From Chthonomonas sp. (GTDB taxonomy: Bacteria > Armatimonadota > Fimbriimonadia > Fimbriimonadales > Fimbriimonadaceae), in assembly GCA_040383535.1 (NCBI GenBank), contig JBEIDH010000011.1:421-64420 (forward strand): a DNA stretch of 64,000 nt, read 5' to 3'. The translations under genes were made by a program, and so were the position numbers. Positions 35,571 to 44,961 of this stretch are shown in pieces; within the stretch, counting starts at the first letter, position 1, and each line of letters begins with the position of its first letter. The notes under the pieces are model-generated. The model ran no database searches. It worked only from the letters and a program-made list of their open reading frames with translations, and was not told the DNA's origin.

Positions 35571-36740
35571 ATGATTCTTGTTAACGTGGCAAGTCTTTAC
35601 GATATTCTCGGTGTCGATCCCAAGGCGAAATCTGTCCAGTTGCGCAATGCATATCGCCGGTTGGCGCGAGCATATCACCCCGATGTCAATCCTGATCCTC
35701 GGGCGCACGAACGGATGGCGCAGATCAATATGGCGTTTGAAACGCTCAATGATCCAGCGCGTCGCATGGAATACGATACTCAACTCTTTGGAGCCCCCGG
35801 CGTCAGCACGCATGCTGTCGTGGAGGATGAGCCTGTATCTCGCGATTCTGTAAGCGTTCGCCTTGCGTATCGCCTGAAGGATCACCGCACCCCGATCTAC
35901 TCCCTGGCATTCGAACCTGATACGAATCAGCTGATCTCTAGCTCATTTGATAACCAGATTCTATGGTGGAACAAGGGGTTTGAGGTTCGCCGATCTCTGC
36001 GCCTTGAGGGTGGAGTAGTCAACATCGTTCATCCGATCGGAGGCGATAAGATCGTTGCGGCTGGTTGCTCGGAAAGCTTGATTTCTGTTTGGCAGATCCA
36101 GAGCGGGGAAGTCGTCACATGGCGCAATAGCCCACTTGAGTGGATTTGTTGCACCGGAATCGCGCCAGACGGTGCAAAGGTTGCTCTTGGATCCCTTCAC
36201 TCTTTGGTTCAGGTTTGTAAATCTGCTACTGGGGACTGCATTTTCGTAGGAAATAAGCACGACCAAAGTGTGACCGCTGTTGTTTGGTCCCCAGATGGAA
36301 AATATCTCGCCTCTGGTTCCGCTGATGCAACGGTCAAGATTTGGAGCGCCGTTACCGGAAAGCTTCTGCATAGTTTTGATTCTGTTCGGTCGACGGTTAC
36401 CGCACTTGCCTTTAGCCCTGATAGCAGGATGATTGCGGTTGCCGCCGTTGATCGCTCGATTCGTATCTTCCGACTAGGCGACAATGACTTGATCAAGACC
36501 TTCTTCGGGCATGAAAAGCCGATTGAGTCGTTGGCTTTCCATCCGCAAGGACAACTTTTGGCTTCCGCGAGCCGCGATGGTGTGGTTTACCTTTGGAACG
36601 TGCTACAAGGCCGTGGCCACGGAAAAATCGAAGCGTCCGCTCAGCCGCTTTCCACCGTGGCGTTTAGTTCCGATGGACAGTTCTTGGCCGCCGGTGGACT
36701 TGACAAGATCATTCGAGTTTACGAACTCACATTCTCGTAA
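35571..36740 (+). CDS. J-domain (DnaJ N-terminal) fused to WD40 beta-propeller
   Basis: LYDILGV...AYRRLARAYHPDVNPD (HPD motif), followed by about 7 WD40-like blades (GSADATVKIWS, SRDGVVYLWN, GLDKIIRVYE). Confidence 0.85.
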   Translation: MILVNVASLYDILGVDPKAKSVQLRNAYRRLARAYHPDVNPDPRAHERMAQINMAFETLNDPARRMEYDTQLFGAPGVSTHAVVEDEPVSRDSVSVRLAYRLKDHRTPIYSLAFEPDTNQLISSSFDNQILWWNKGFEVRRSLRLEGGVVNIVHPIGGDKIVAAGCSESLISVWQIQSGEVVTWRNSPLEWICCTGIAPDGAKVALGSLHSLVQVCKSATGDCIFVGNKHDQSVTAVVWSPDGKYLASGSADATVKIWSAVTGKLLHSFDSVRSTVTALAFSPDSRMIAVAAVDRSIRIFRLGDNDLIKTFFGHEKPIESLAFHPQGQLLASASRDGVVYLWNVLQGRGHGKIEASAQPLSTVAFSSDGQFLAAGGLDKIIRVYELTFS

Positions 36741-36762
36741 GGACTCCCAGCTGGGAGTCCTT
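36739..36762 (+). terminator. perfect 24-nt palindrome at the stop codon, possible terminator without U-tract
   Basis: aaggactcccagctgggagtcctt overlaps the TAA. There is no T-run after it. Confidence 0.3.
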
Positions 36763-36877
36763 GCATATCCACAAATTCCTACGCTGGGCGCATCACGTCA
36801 AGTTAAAGATCCCACTTTGTCCCTAAAAAGTCGGAACGCTAAAACATACCAAAAGGATCACGCGCCATAATTTGAGC

Positions 36878-37348
36878 ATGTCGGAAAGGCCGAGCTGGGA
36901 TACGTACTTTATCGAGATCGCGCATCTCGTGAAGACGCGGGCGACTTGCCCCCGTCGGCAGGTTGGCGCGGTCATCGTGCGAGATCGTCGGATATTGGCA
37001 ACGGGATACAACGGCGCCCCGAGAGGCCTCTCGCACTGTCCCGAAGACGGCCACCTCAACGACTATCCTCAAGGCTGTATGCGGGCAGGGCACTGCATTC
37101 GTAGCCTCCACGCTGAGCAAAATGCGCTCCTACAAGCCGCAATGATCGGGGTTGCTTGCGAAGGCGCGACAATGTATGTTTCTTGCCAGCCCTGCAATAT
37201 GTGTGCGAAAATGATCATCAACGCGGGAATTTTAAAGGTGATTTACGAAGGTGATTATCCCGATGATTTCTCAATTGAACTGTTTAAAGATGCCGAAGTC
37301 GAGCTGATTCGCTACACGGCAAATGTGAATGAAGGAACTCCTGCTTGA
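36878..37348 (+). CDS. deoxycytidylate (dCMP) deaminase
   Basis: Zinc motifs HAEQNAL and CQPCNMCAKMII. Confidence 0.9.
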   Translation: MSERPSWDTYFIEIAHLVKTRATCPRRQVGAVIVRDRRILATGYNGAPRGLSHCPEDGHLNDYPQGCMRAGHCIRSLHAEQNALLQAAMIGVACEGATMYVSCQPCNMCAKMIINAGILKVIYEGDYPDDFSIELFKDAEVELIRYTANVNEGTPA

Positions 37349-38382
37349 AATTTCTGGTCGCGCAATCTGAATCAATCTCTTCTCTCCCAAGTTGGGGATT
37401 GCCGCTCATTGCGTTCTTCATAGCGGCTCTTGTCACCATTGGCGTAGTGCCTTCGGTCCGAAAATTTGCGATTGCGAAAGGGGCAGTTGACGATCCAAAG
37501 CGAGATGATCGACGCGTTCACGTCGAACCTATCCCACGTTGGGGTGGGGTTGGAATTTTTGTTGGAATTTTGGCTTCCTGCCTAGTTTTGCCAGCCGTTG
37601 GTGCGGTTCCGCTCGCCATTCTTGGCACCATGGTCGCGACTTTGGTTCTTGTATACATCGGGACGATTGATGATCTGCAATCTTTTTCTGCGCGTCGACA
37701 GGCTGTTATCATGTTGGTCGCCGCGATCGGGGTGCAATTTGTCTTTGCCGGATCGCCGAATGAACCACGAGTATTTATCGAGAGATATACGACTCCAATT
37801 CTGGGAACTCCAACTGGATATGCTTATTTCCCGGTTGTTGTTTCTGTTTTCCTGACCTTCGTTTATCTCTTCGTCGTGACCAAAACGATGGACACAATTG
37901 ACGGTGTAGATGGTCTGGCGAGCGGTCTCTCCGCGATTGCAGCGATTTCGATTGCCATTGTCACCGCTCTTGGGGCTGGGGGAAGTCCTCATGTAGTAGT
38001 GCTTTCAGCCGGAGTCGCTGGCGCATGTATCGGATTCTTACGCTGGAACTGGAATCCGGCAAAGATTTTCATGGGTACAGGCGGATCGCAAGGTCTAGGT
38101 TTTTTGCTGGCATGTTTGAGCATCTTGGGTCCCGCAAAAGTCGCCGGAGGTTGGTCATGGTTCGTTCCTTTTTTGATCTTCAGCGTCCCGTTGGTTGATG
38201 CTATCCAAGTCACGATCCGAAGATTGCGAGCCGGCGTGCCGATTTACCTGGGTGATAAAAGGCACCTCCATCATCAGCTTCTGAATCGAGGTCTTGGTGC
38301 AAAGAAGACCGTGATCGTGCTTTACTTAGGAGGTTTGATGACGAGTAGCATTTTAATTATTGCGGTGGCGAATCGTGGGTAA
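37345..38382 (+). CDS. wecA: undecaprenyl-phosphate GlcNAc-1-phosphate transferase family (WecA/TagO-like)
   Basis: Polytopic protein with VHVEPIPRWGG, GTIDDL, MDTIDGVDGLASG and NWNPAKIFMGTGGS. TTG start overlaps the upstream TGA. Confidence 0.8.
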   Translation: MKFLVAQSESISSLPSWGLPLIAFFIAALVTIGVVPSVRKFAIAKGAVDDPKRDDRRVHVEPIPRWGGVGIFVGILASCLVLPAVGAVPLAILGTMVATLVLVYIGTIDDLQSFSARRQAVIMLVAAIGVQFVFAGSPNEPRVFIERYTTPILGTPTGYAYFPVVVSVFLTFVYLFVVTKTMDTIDGVDGLASGLSAIAAISIAIVTALGAGGSPHVVVLSAGVAGACIGFLRWNWNPAKIFMGTGGSQGLGFLLACLSILGPAKVAGGWSWFVPFLIFSVPLVDAIQVTIRRLRAGVPIYLGDKRHLHHQLLNRGLGAKKTVIVLYLGGLMTSSILIIAVANRG

Positions 38383-39508
38383 ACCAAAGATCGCTTGTAT
38401 CGTTGGCACTCGGCCTGATGCAATTAAGTCCGCACCGGTAGTGCGGGAGCTTAGGCGGTTCAGTGATCAGGTCGAAACCGTCCTGATTTCCACTGGTCAG
38501 CATCGAGAAATGCTCACTCAGGCTCTGGATGCCTTTGATCTAAAGGCAGACCATGATTTGGATATCATGACTCTTGGGCAATCATTGGCTCAGGTCACGA
38601 CAAGGGCCTTGGAGGGAATTGATCGGATTCTGGATGAAATTCAGCCTGCATGGGTCGTCGCACAGGGCGATACGACCACCACATTTGTCGCTGCTCTTGC
38701 TGCTTTTTATCGCCGAATTCCATTTGCGCACGTTGAAGCTGGCCTCCGAACGGCCTCAATTCATGAGCCGTTTCCTGAGGAGTTCAACCGCCGTGCGGTG
38801 GCTCAGCTGAGTACGCTACACTTCGCTCCGACTGAGCGGAGTGCTAAGAATTTACTCTTGACCCACACCGATCCGGAGACAATTTTTGTCACTGGAAACA
38901 CCGGGATTGATGCCGTTGAGTACGTTGCAAAAAAAGTTCAGGACGCTCCATTTGCTGATCATTTAGGTCGAGTTGTGTTGGTCACGACCCACCGACGTGA
39001 GAATTGGGGTGAGCCTCAGCAACGAATCGCCGAGACCTGCCTTAAGCTTGTCGAAGAATTTCCGGACATCCTGCTTGTTGTCGCGATGCACAAGAATCCA
39101 CTGGTTCGAGCAACTCTGAAAGAAGTTCTCGACGGAAAGGACCGTGTTCGTTTGATCGAGCCGCCCGATTACGCACCGTTCGTTAAGTTGATGCAGCGCT
39201 CTTCTCTTATCTTGAGCGATTCTGGTGGAGTTCAGGAAGAGGCTCCTAGCTTTGGGATTCCGGTACTTGTCCTTCGAGATAGCACTGAGCGTCCTGAAGG
39301 GGTTGAGGCTGGGGTCGCCAAGCTTGTAGGGACGAACCCAGAGATGATTTTGGGTACGGCTCGGCCGCTATTGCAGAATGTTGATGCCTATCGATCAATG
39401 GCTCAAGCCCGAAGTCCTTATGGCGATGGTCGAGCGAGCGAGCGCATTCGGTACCAGCTTCTGAAGCGGCTTGGGGTTGAGAGTCCGGTGGAACCGCTAT
39501 GGACCTGA
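38375..39508 (+). CDS. wecB: UDP-N-acetylglucosamine 2-epimerase (non-hydrolysing)
   Basis: IACIVGTRPDAIK...GDTTTT...VEAGLRT...SDSGGVQEEAP. GTG start overlaps the wecA stop. Confidence 0.9.
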   Translation: MGKPKIACIVGTRPDAIKSAPVVRELRRFSDQVETVLISTGQHREMLTQALDAFDLKADHDLDIMTLGQSLAQVTTRALEGIDRILDEIQPAWVVAQGDTTTTFVAALAAFYRRIPFAHVEAGLRTASIHEPFPEEFNRRAVAQLSTLHFAPTERSAKNLLLTHTDPETIFVTGNTGIDAVEYVAKKVQDAPFADHLGRVVLVTTHRRENWGEPQQRIAETCLKLVEEFPDILLVVAMHKNPLVRATLKEVLDGKDRVRLIEPPDYAPFVKLMQRSSLILSDSGGVQEEAPSFGIPVLVLRDSTERPEGVEAGVAKLVGTNPEMILGTARPLLQNVDAYRSMAQARSPYGDGRASERIRYQLLKRLGVESPVEPLWT

Positions 39509-40365
39509 TCCAAGCGATTATCCTTGGAATTATTCAAGGATTAACGGAATTCTTGCCTATTTCTAGCTCCGCTCACATCAGAATTGCCCCCGCGCTTTTG
39601 GGCTGGGAGGACCCTGGAGCAGCCTTTACCGCAAACATTCAGCTTGGTACTCTACTCGCGGTTTTAATCTACTTTTGGAAGGATCTGAAGCAGTTCTTCG
39701 GCGGATGGGTGGCAAGTCTTTCTAAGCCAGAACTACGGCAAACCCACGAAGCAAAAATGGGGAATGCGATTGCGATCGGCTCGATCTCAATCATCGTTTT
39801 TGGCTTCATCTTTAAGGATAATATCGAGACCAACCTGCGTTCCCTAGAGATCGTGGCGGGGATGCTCATTTTCATGGCGATCCTTCTCGGGATCGCTGAA
39901 TGGCGCGGTTCGCAAAACAGGAATTTAGAGTCTGTCACCCCGAAAGATGGCCTAATGGTAGGGCTCTGGCAGGCTATGGCGTTGATACCTGGCTGCTCCC
40001 GTTCGGGAAGCACGATTACGGGTGGGATGTTCCTGGGTCTAGACCGTGCGACAGCGGCACGATTTTCATTCCTGCTGAGTGTGCCGAGTATCTTCTTGGC
40101 CGCAGTTTATACAGCCTATAAGAGCAAGGATCAGCTCTCGGAGATCATCGTGCCATTGATTGCGGCGAATGTTGCGTCCTTTGTGGTCGGCTATGCCTGC
40201 ATCGCGTTTTTGATGAAGTTCTTGCAGACCAAGAGCAACTTGGTCTTTATCGTTTACCGCGTCGTTTTGGGCTTAGCGATTTTTGGATTGTTGGGGTCAG
40301 GAAAGATCGCCAAGGATCAGGGGATGACGCCATTTACGGCTCCGCCAGTTGAATCTGCGCCTTAA
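39499..40365 (+). CDS. uppP: undecaprenyl-diphosphate phosphatase
   Basis: QGLTEFLPISSSAH and PGCSRSGSTI motifs. Overlaps the wecB end by 10 nt. Confidence 0.93.
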   Translation: MDLIQAIILGIIQGLTEFLPISSSAHIRIAPALLGWEDPGAAFTANIQLGTLLAVLIYFWKDLKQFFGGWVASLSKPELRQTHEAKMGNAIAIGSISIIVFGFIFKDNIETNLRSLEIVAGMLIFMAILLGIAEWRGSQNRNLESVTPKDGLMVGLWQAMALIPGCSRSGSTITGGMFLGLDRATAARFSFLLSVPSIFLAAVYTAYKSKDQLSEIIVPLIAANVASFVVGYACIAFLMKFLQTKSNLVFIVYRVVLGLAIFGLLGSGKIAKDQGMTPFTAPPVESAP

Positions 40366-42491
40366 GGTGCGTAGCGTAACTCGACTATCTTTATTCGCGG
40401 TGGGAGCGTGAGCATGATCCAACGACCGGTTGGGATGTCCATTGTTTTTCCGTCCACAAGCGCTTTCCAGCCCTTGATGTTTCGCATTCGAACGATGAGT
40501 TCTCCTGCTCCGGGGTCTCTTATTGTGCACCTGTTCCGCACAATCTCAAAGTTCGTGACCGGTACGCCATTGAGGCTAGCGATTCCGGGTCCTCCGATGT
40601 CCTGCACCGTCCCGTCTTTTGCAACGAGTTTCGTGACTCCGGCTTCTTTAAGGGCATCAAGATTGGCAATTTGCTTGATCAACATCATATTGCCATTTAC
40701 AAGTGCGGCAGGGTCTTCGCCGTTGATCTCTCGGAGCATTTCGACGGTGTCCCGGCTTACCAGCGAGTCATAGCCATTGATGATCATTGTTCGGTTCAGG
40801 GCAGGGAGGTTGGGGAGATTCTTGTCGGTTGGAGCTTGCAGGAAGTTGGGCTGGGTGTTTACGAACGCAAAACGTTCGTTCCCGCTGACATTTGATGTGA
40901 GGCTGGGAGCAGGTCCAGACGGAGGTGAGTGAGTGATCGCAACTAATAGGACAAATCCGAGAGTTATCCCGCAAGCCTTTCGCAGATCTCGGGCGGAGCT
41001 GACGACCGCCGCGATCACACCAACAACAAGGATGAAACCGATTCCCAAATTTCCACCGAACTGATTGGCACTCTCCATTTGGATCGCAATTCCCAGAGGT
41101 TCAGAGTCTGAGATGTTTGGGAATGGGCTCGGGAAGAAGATTGACCAAATGGCAATCGTGAATGCGAGGCTAGTAATGATTACCAAGCCTGACTTTGAAA
41201 ATTCTGGAGGGCTGATCTTATCTTCCTCGTTTTGGGACTTTCTCATTCCCCCGAGGGCAGGAATTCCAGCAAGAACTACCCCAAGCACCATCAAACAAGC
41301 CGCCCTTCCGGGGCTACCCGTTGCAGACCAGCCTGGGAATGAGAAATACATCGCCTGGAGCAAGGGACTGGGCAGGATGAGCAGAAGCCCAGTCAGCGCG
41401 ACCACGATGCCTGGGAGGGAAGTTTTCAAGCTTTTCCGAAACCCAATCAGCATCGCAACAAACAAGATCGGCGAAACGTTGATCGCCAGGTCGGCGGTGT
41501 TCTTCCATGGCTTTGTGAGCGCGGGCATGAAGGTTGGCAAAGCAGTATCAGCTAACGGATCACTCATGGTACCTCTAGCGATCGGGTTAAACAGATATGC
41601 AAAGTCCGGCCCCTCGGCCGTGGATCCAGCGTACGCCTTCCATCCCTCCGCAATTGCTGGAGCCCTGCGGTGGCTTTCCTGACTAAATTCCAGAACCTTA
41701 CCAAGTTGCGGCCAAGAAAGAATGATCCCAGCAACAACTGCTAGTAATGGTTTCCAGGAGAATTTCCATGCAGAGTGCGTCGCGCAAAAGCTGACGCCCC
41801 ACACAAAAGCACCGATGAACCCGTAAGCCGCAAACTGAAGGTGCCCGCCAAGGATCATCAAACAAGATCCAAGACCAACGAAAATCCAAGCCCTCCAGTG
41901 CCGACATCCCTCAAAGAACTGGAGTATCCCCACCAAAATCCAAGGCAACCAAGCCAGAGTTGTTCCGACGCTCGGAATCGAGAGCCATTGGATCATGAAC
42001 ATGCTGAGGCTTGCGGTGATCGCTCCGGTCCCAGCAAGAATCTGTTTCTCTTCGCTGTCTCGGCAAAGTTGGATCAGAACCGCGTACATCCCGATTCCAA
42101 ACACCATCTGGTGAAAAACGCCGAGGAGGTTGATCCCAACCCCGGTTGGGATGCCAAGAATTCCGACAAGGATATGAGGAGGGTAAAGAGCACCAGATTG
42201 GGAATTGGCGAGCAAGGGTGCCCCGCCGAGAACGTACGGATTCCAGGTCGGAACTTCAAAGTGACGCCAAGACTCAAAGACTAAATCGCGCCACAAGTAA
42301 AACTGAAGGCACGCGTCCGACTGAAGGATGTCATACGGCCGATTGGGTGGACTTTGACCGGTGAGAAGCGCGTTGAAGACGTCCCAATTCCCGGGCAGAC
42401 GACCGGAGAACAAAAAGTAAAGACTCGGCAGGGAACAGAGGATCGCAACGATGGCGACTGGAATCCCGTGCTTCTGAAGGAGGCTCTTCAT
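40362..42491 (-). CDS. YfhO-family polytopic membrane protein (putative lipid-linked glycosyltransferase)
   Basis: 709 aa with many TM helices. The N-terminal pattern QFYLWRD...PTWNPYVLGGAPLLANSQSGALYPP is typical of YfhO. Confidence 0.7.
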   Translation of the reverse strand: MKSLLQKHGIPVAIVAILCSLPSLYFLFSGRLPGNWDVFNALLTGQSPPNRPYDILQSDACLQFYLWRDLVFESWRHFEVPTWNPYVLGGAPLLANSQSGALYPPHILVGILGIPTGVGINLLGVFHQMVFGIGMYAVLIQLCRDSEEKQILAGTGAITASLSMFMIQWLSIPSVGTTLAWLPWILVGILQFFEGCRHWRAWIFVGLGSCLMILGGHLQFAAYGFIGAFVWGVSFCATHSAWKFSWKPLLAVVAGIILSWPQLGKVLEFSQESHRRAPAIAEGWKAYAGSTAEGPDFAYLFNPIARGTMSDPLADTALPTFMPALTKPWKNTADLAINVSPILFVAMLIGFRKSLKTSLPGIVVALTGLLLILPSPLLQAMYFSFPGWSATGSPGRAACLMVLGVVLAGIPALGGMRKSQNEEDKISPPEFSKSGLVIITSLAFTIAIWSIFFPSPFPNISDSEPLGIAIQMESANQFGGNLGIGFILVVGVIAAVVSSARDLRKACGITLGFVLLVAITHSPPSGPAPSLTSNVSGNERFAFVNTQPNFLQAPTDKNLPNLPALNRTMIINGYDSLVSRDTVEMLREINGEDPAALVNGNMMLIKQIANLDALKEAGVTKLVAKDGTVQDIGGPGIASLNGVPVTNFEIVRNRCTIRDPGAGELIVRMRNIKGWKALVDGKTMDIPTGRWIMLTLPPRIKIVELRYAP

Positions 42492-42503
42492 CGCGACCCG
42501 TGG

Positions 42504-42854
42504 TTAGTCTGGGCAGTAGATGACTTGCCGATTGGCATCTTCGTGAGCAGGATTTTGCCGAAGAACTTCTTTAAAATTCGCACATGCTTCGTCCATTTCG
42601 CCCATCATCATTTGGGTCATCGCGAGGTCGTAGCGCGCACTGATGTGATCGGGATTGGCTTTGACTACTAAGCCGAGGAGCTTCATCGATTCTTCGAACT
42701 CGCCTTCGAACCCTAGTACTAGGCCAAGTTGCCAGGCAGCATTCGCGTTCTTCTGATCCTGACCAAGGACTTGCAAGAAGTATTGACGAGCTTCGTCATA
42801 GCGCCCTTCGCACCGCGCGTCAAATCCAAGTTTATAGAGCTCGTCTGGTCCCAT
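42504..42854 (-). CDS. small TPR-repeat protein
   Basis: 116 aa with three TPR-like units, lying between ftsH and the yfhO-like gene. Confidence 0.65.
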   Translation of the reverse strand: MGPDELYKLGFDARCEGRYDEARQYFLQVLGQDQKNANAAWQLGLVLGFEGEFEESMKLLGLVVKANPDHISARYDLAMTQMMMGEMDEACANFKEVLRQNPAHEDANRQVIYCPD

Positions 42855-42923
42855 AGTTGAGCCTCAATGAAAGAGGTGCTTGATGATCTATTTCACCAAG
42901 CACCCTAATTTACCACGAACTCC

Positions 42924-44876
42924 TTACGCCGTTCCAGGCTCTAGCCGTGGCGGGATCTGAATTCCGGGGATTGTCCCGGATTCTTCCGTCTTCGATTCGG
43001 CTTCCATAGGGGTGCCTCCGGCGGGGGTCTCGTGATCTGGCTTAATCGGATCTGGCTCTTTTCCGATGATTTGCAGGAATTCAGGTCGTTCCAGCGTTTC
43101 TCGGTCGAGGAGTGCTTGAGCAACTGCGTCGAGTTCCTTTCGGTACTGGTTCAGCAACTCGGTCGCACGGCTATGCTGACCTTCCACGATAGCTCGAACC
43201 TCATCGTCAATCATCTTGGCGACGTCTTCACTATAATCGCGATCTTCCTGAACGCTTCGACCTAAGAACGGATTGCTCGCGCGTCGACCGAGTGCTAGAG
43301 TTCCAAGGGCATCGGACATACCGTATTGGCAAACCATGGCTCGTGCAATGCGTGAAACTCGATCGAGATCACTCACGGCGCCAGTCCAACGTTCGCCAAA
43401 GACGATTTCTTCCGCGACGAGACCACCGAGGGACATCGCGATGTCGTCGAGCAATTCGCTCTTACTCACCGAGTACTTGTCTTCTTCTGGAAGGGACCAG
43501 GTGATCCCGAGCGCCATTCCGCGAGGAAGGATCGTGACCTTGTGGATTGGATCGCAGTTTGGTAAGAATTCTCCGATGATCGCGTGCCCGGCTTCGTGGA
43601 AAGCAGTGAGTTCGCGATCTTTTTGAGTCATGATCCGGCTCTTCCGTGCCGGCCCAACCATCACACGGTCAAGGGCTTCTTCGATCTCGTCCATCGAAAT
43701 CTTGTTCTTTGCTCGACGTGCAGAAAGAAGTGCGGCTTCGTTTAGCGCGTTGGCCAGATCGGCACCGGTGAAACCAGGGGTCCGCTTCGCGACGGTTGCC
43801 ATGTCCACATCGGCTTCAAACGGCTTACCCTTGCCATGGATTTCGAGGATTTTCTCCCGACCCTTGGCATCTGGGGCATCAACAACGATCTGTCGGTCGA
43901 ATCGACCCGGTCGCAGTAAAGCGGGGTCAAGAACGTCCGGTCGATTGGTCGCGGCGATCATGATGACGCCGCTATTTGCTTCGAATCCGTCCATTTCCAC
44001 CAGAAGCTGGTTCAGGGTTTGTTCCCGCTCATCGTGACCACCACCCATTCCGGCACCTCGCTGGCGACCGACGGCATCAATTTCGTCAACAAAAATCAAG
44101 CTTGGACGGTGAGCCTTCGCAGTTTCGAACAAATCGCGAACGCGAGCAGCACCGACGCCGACGAACATTTCGACGAAGTCAGATCCGCTAATGCTGTAGA
44201 AAGGCACACCCGCTTCACCTGCAATCGCTCGGGCGAGGTGCGTTTTACCTACGCCGGGAGGGCCAGTGAGAAGAATCCCCTTCGGAATTTTCGCGCCAAG
44301 CGCAACATATTTCTTTGTCGAGCGAAGGAAGTCAACAATTTCGACAAGTTCGGCCTTCGCTTCGTCAATCCCGGCAACGTCATCAAAGGTGATTTTCGGA
44401 CCTTGGTCGCTCATGCGCTTGGCTTTGCTTCGACCAAAACTCATGGCTTGGTTTCCACCTTGTTGGGCTGGCTTGATAAAGAAGAAATAGATGAACGCGA
44501 TCATCAAGATCGGAACACCAAGGAAGCTAAGGAATGCCCAGAATGCTGGGCTGACGGCTGGTTCAGGAGTCTTATAACTCACCCCAGAGGCGTCCATTTT
44601 GCGGCGAATTTCAGAGCCTGCATCGGAACTTGGAGTAGCACCAACCTCAGCGGAGAACTTCGTGCCGCCAACCATTTCTCCAGTGATGACAGCGTCGCGC
44701 CATTCGGCAGAGGCGATTTTCTTCTCTTGTACTGCTTTCACGAATTCGGAGCTAGACAAGCGCGTCTCTTTTGCACCCCCGACAAGACCAGAGCTTCCGC
44801 CAATTGCATTCAATGCAATGATGGCGATCAAAGCGGTGATCAGTGTGAAAACTAAAACTCGGGCTGGTTTATTCAA
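42924..44876 (-). CDS. ftsH: ATP-dependent zinc metalloprotease FtsH
   Basis: Walker [12 protein letters not shown], and HEAGHA zinc motif. Confidence 0.97.
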   Translation of the reverse strand: MNKPARVLVFTLITALIAIIALNAIGGSSGLVGGAKETRLSSSEFVKAVQEKKIASAEWRDAVITGEMVGGTKFSAEVGATPSSDAGSEIRRKMDASGVSYKTPEPAVSPAFWAFLSFLGVPILMIAFIYFFFIKPAQQGGNQAMSFGRSKAKRMSDQGPKITFDDVAGIDEAKAELVEIVDFLRSTKKYVALGAKIPKGILLTGPPGVGKTHLARAIAGEAGVPFYSISGSDFVEMFVGVGAARVRDLFETAKAHRPSLIFVDEIDAVGRQRGAGMGGGHDEREQTLNQLLVEMDGFEANSGVIMIAATNRPDVLDPALLRPGRFDRQIVVDAPDAKGREKILEIHGKGKPFEADVDMATVAKRTPGFTGADLANALNEAALLSARRAKNKISMDEIEEALDRVMVGPARKSRIMTQKDRELTAFHEAGHAIIGEFLPNCDPIHKVTILPRGMALGITWSLPEEDKYSVSKSELLDDIAMSLGGLVAEEIVFGERWTGAVSDLDRVSRIARAMVCQYGMSDALGTLALGRRASNPFLGRSVQEDRDYSEDVAKMIDDEVRAIVEGQHSRATELLNQYRKELDAVAQALLDRETLERPEFLQIIGKEPDPIKPDHETPAGGTPMEAESKTEESGTIPGIQIPPRLEPGTA

Positions 44877-44961
44877 ATTTTCTCCCTAGGATTTCGATAG
44901 CAATAGTATTTACGTTTTATACTGAGCTTACGTTCGGTCTCACTTGGGTCTGCAAGCACAT

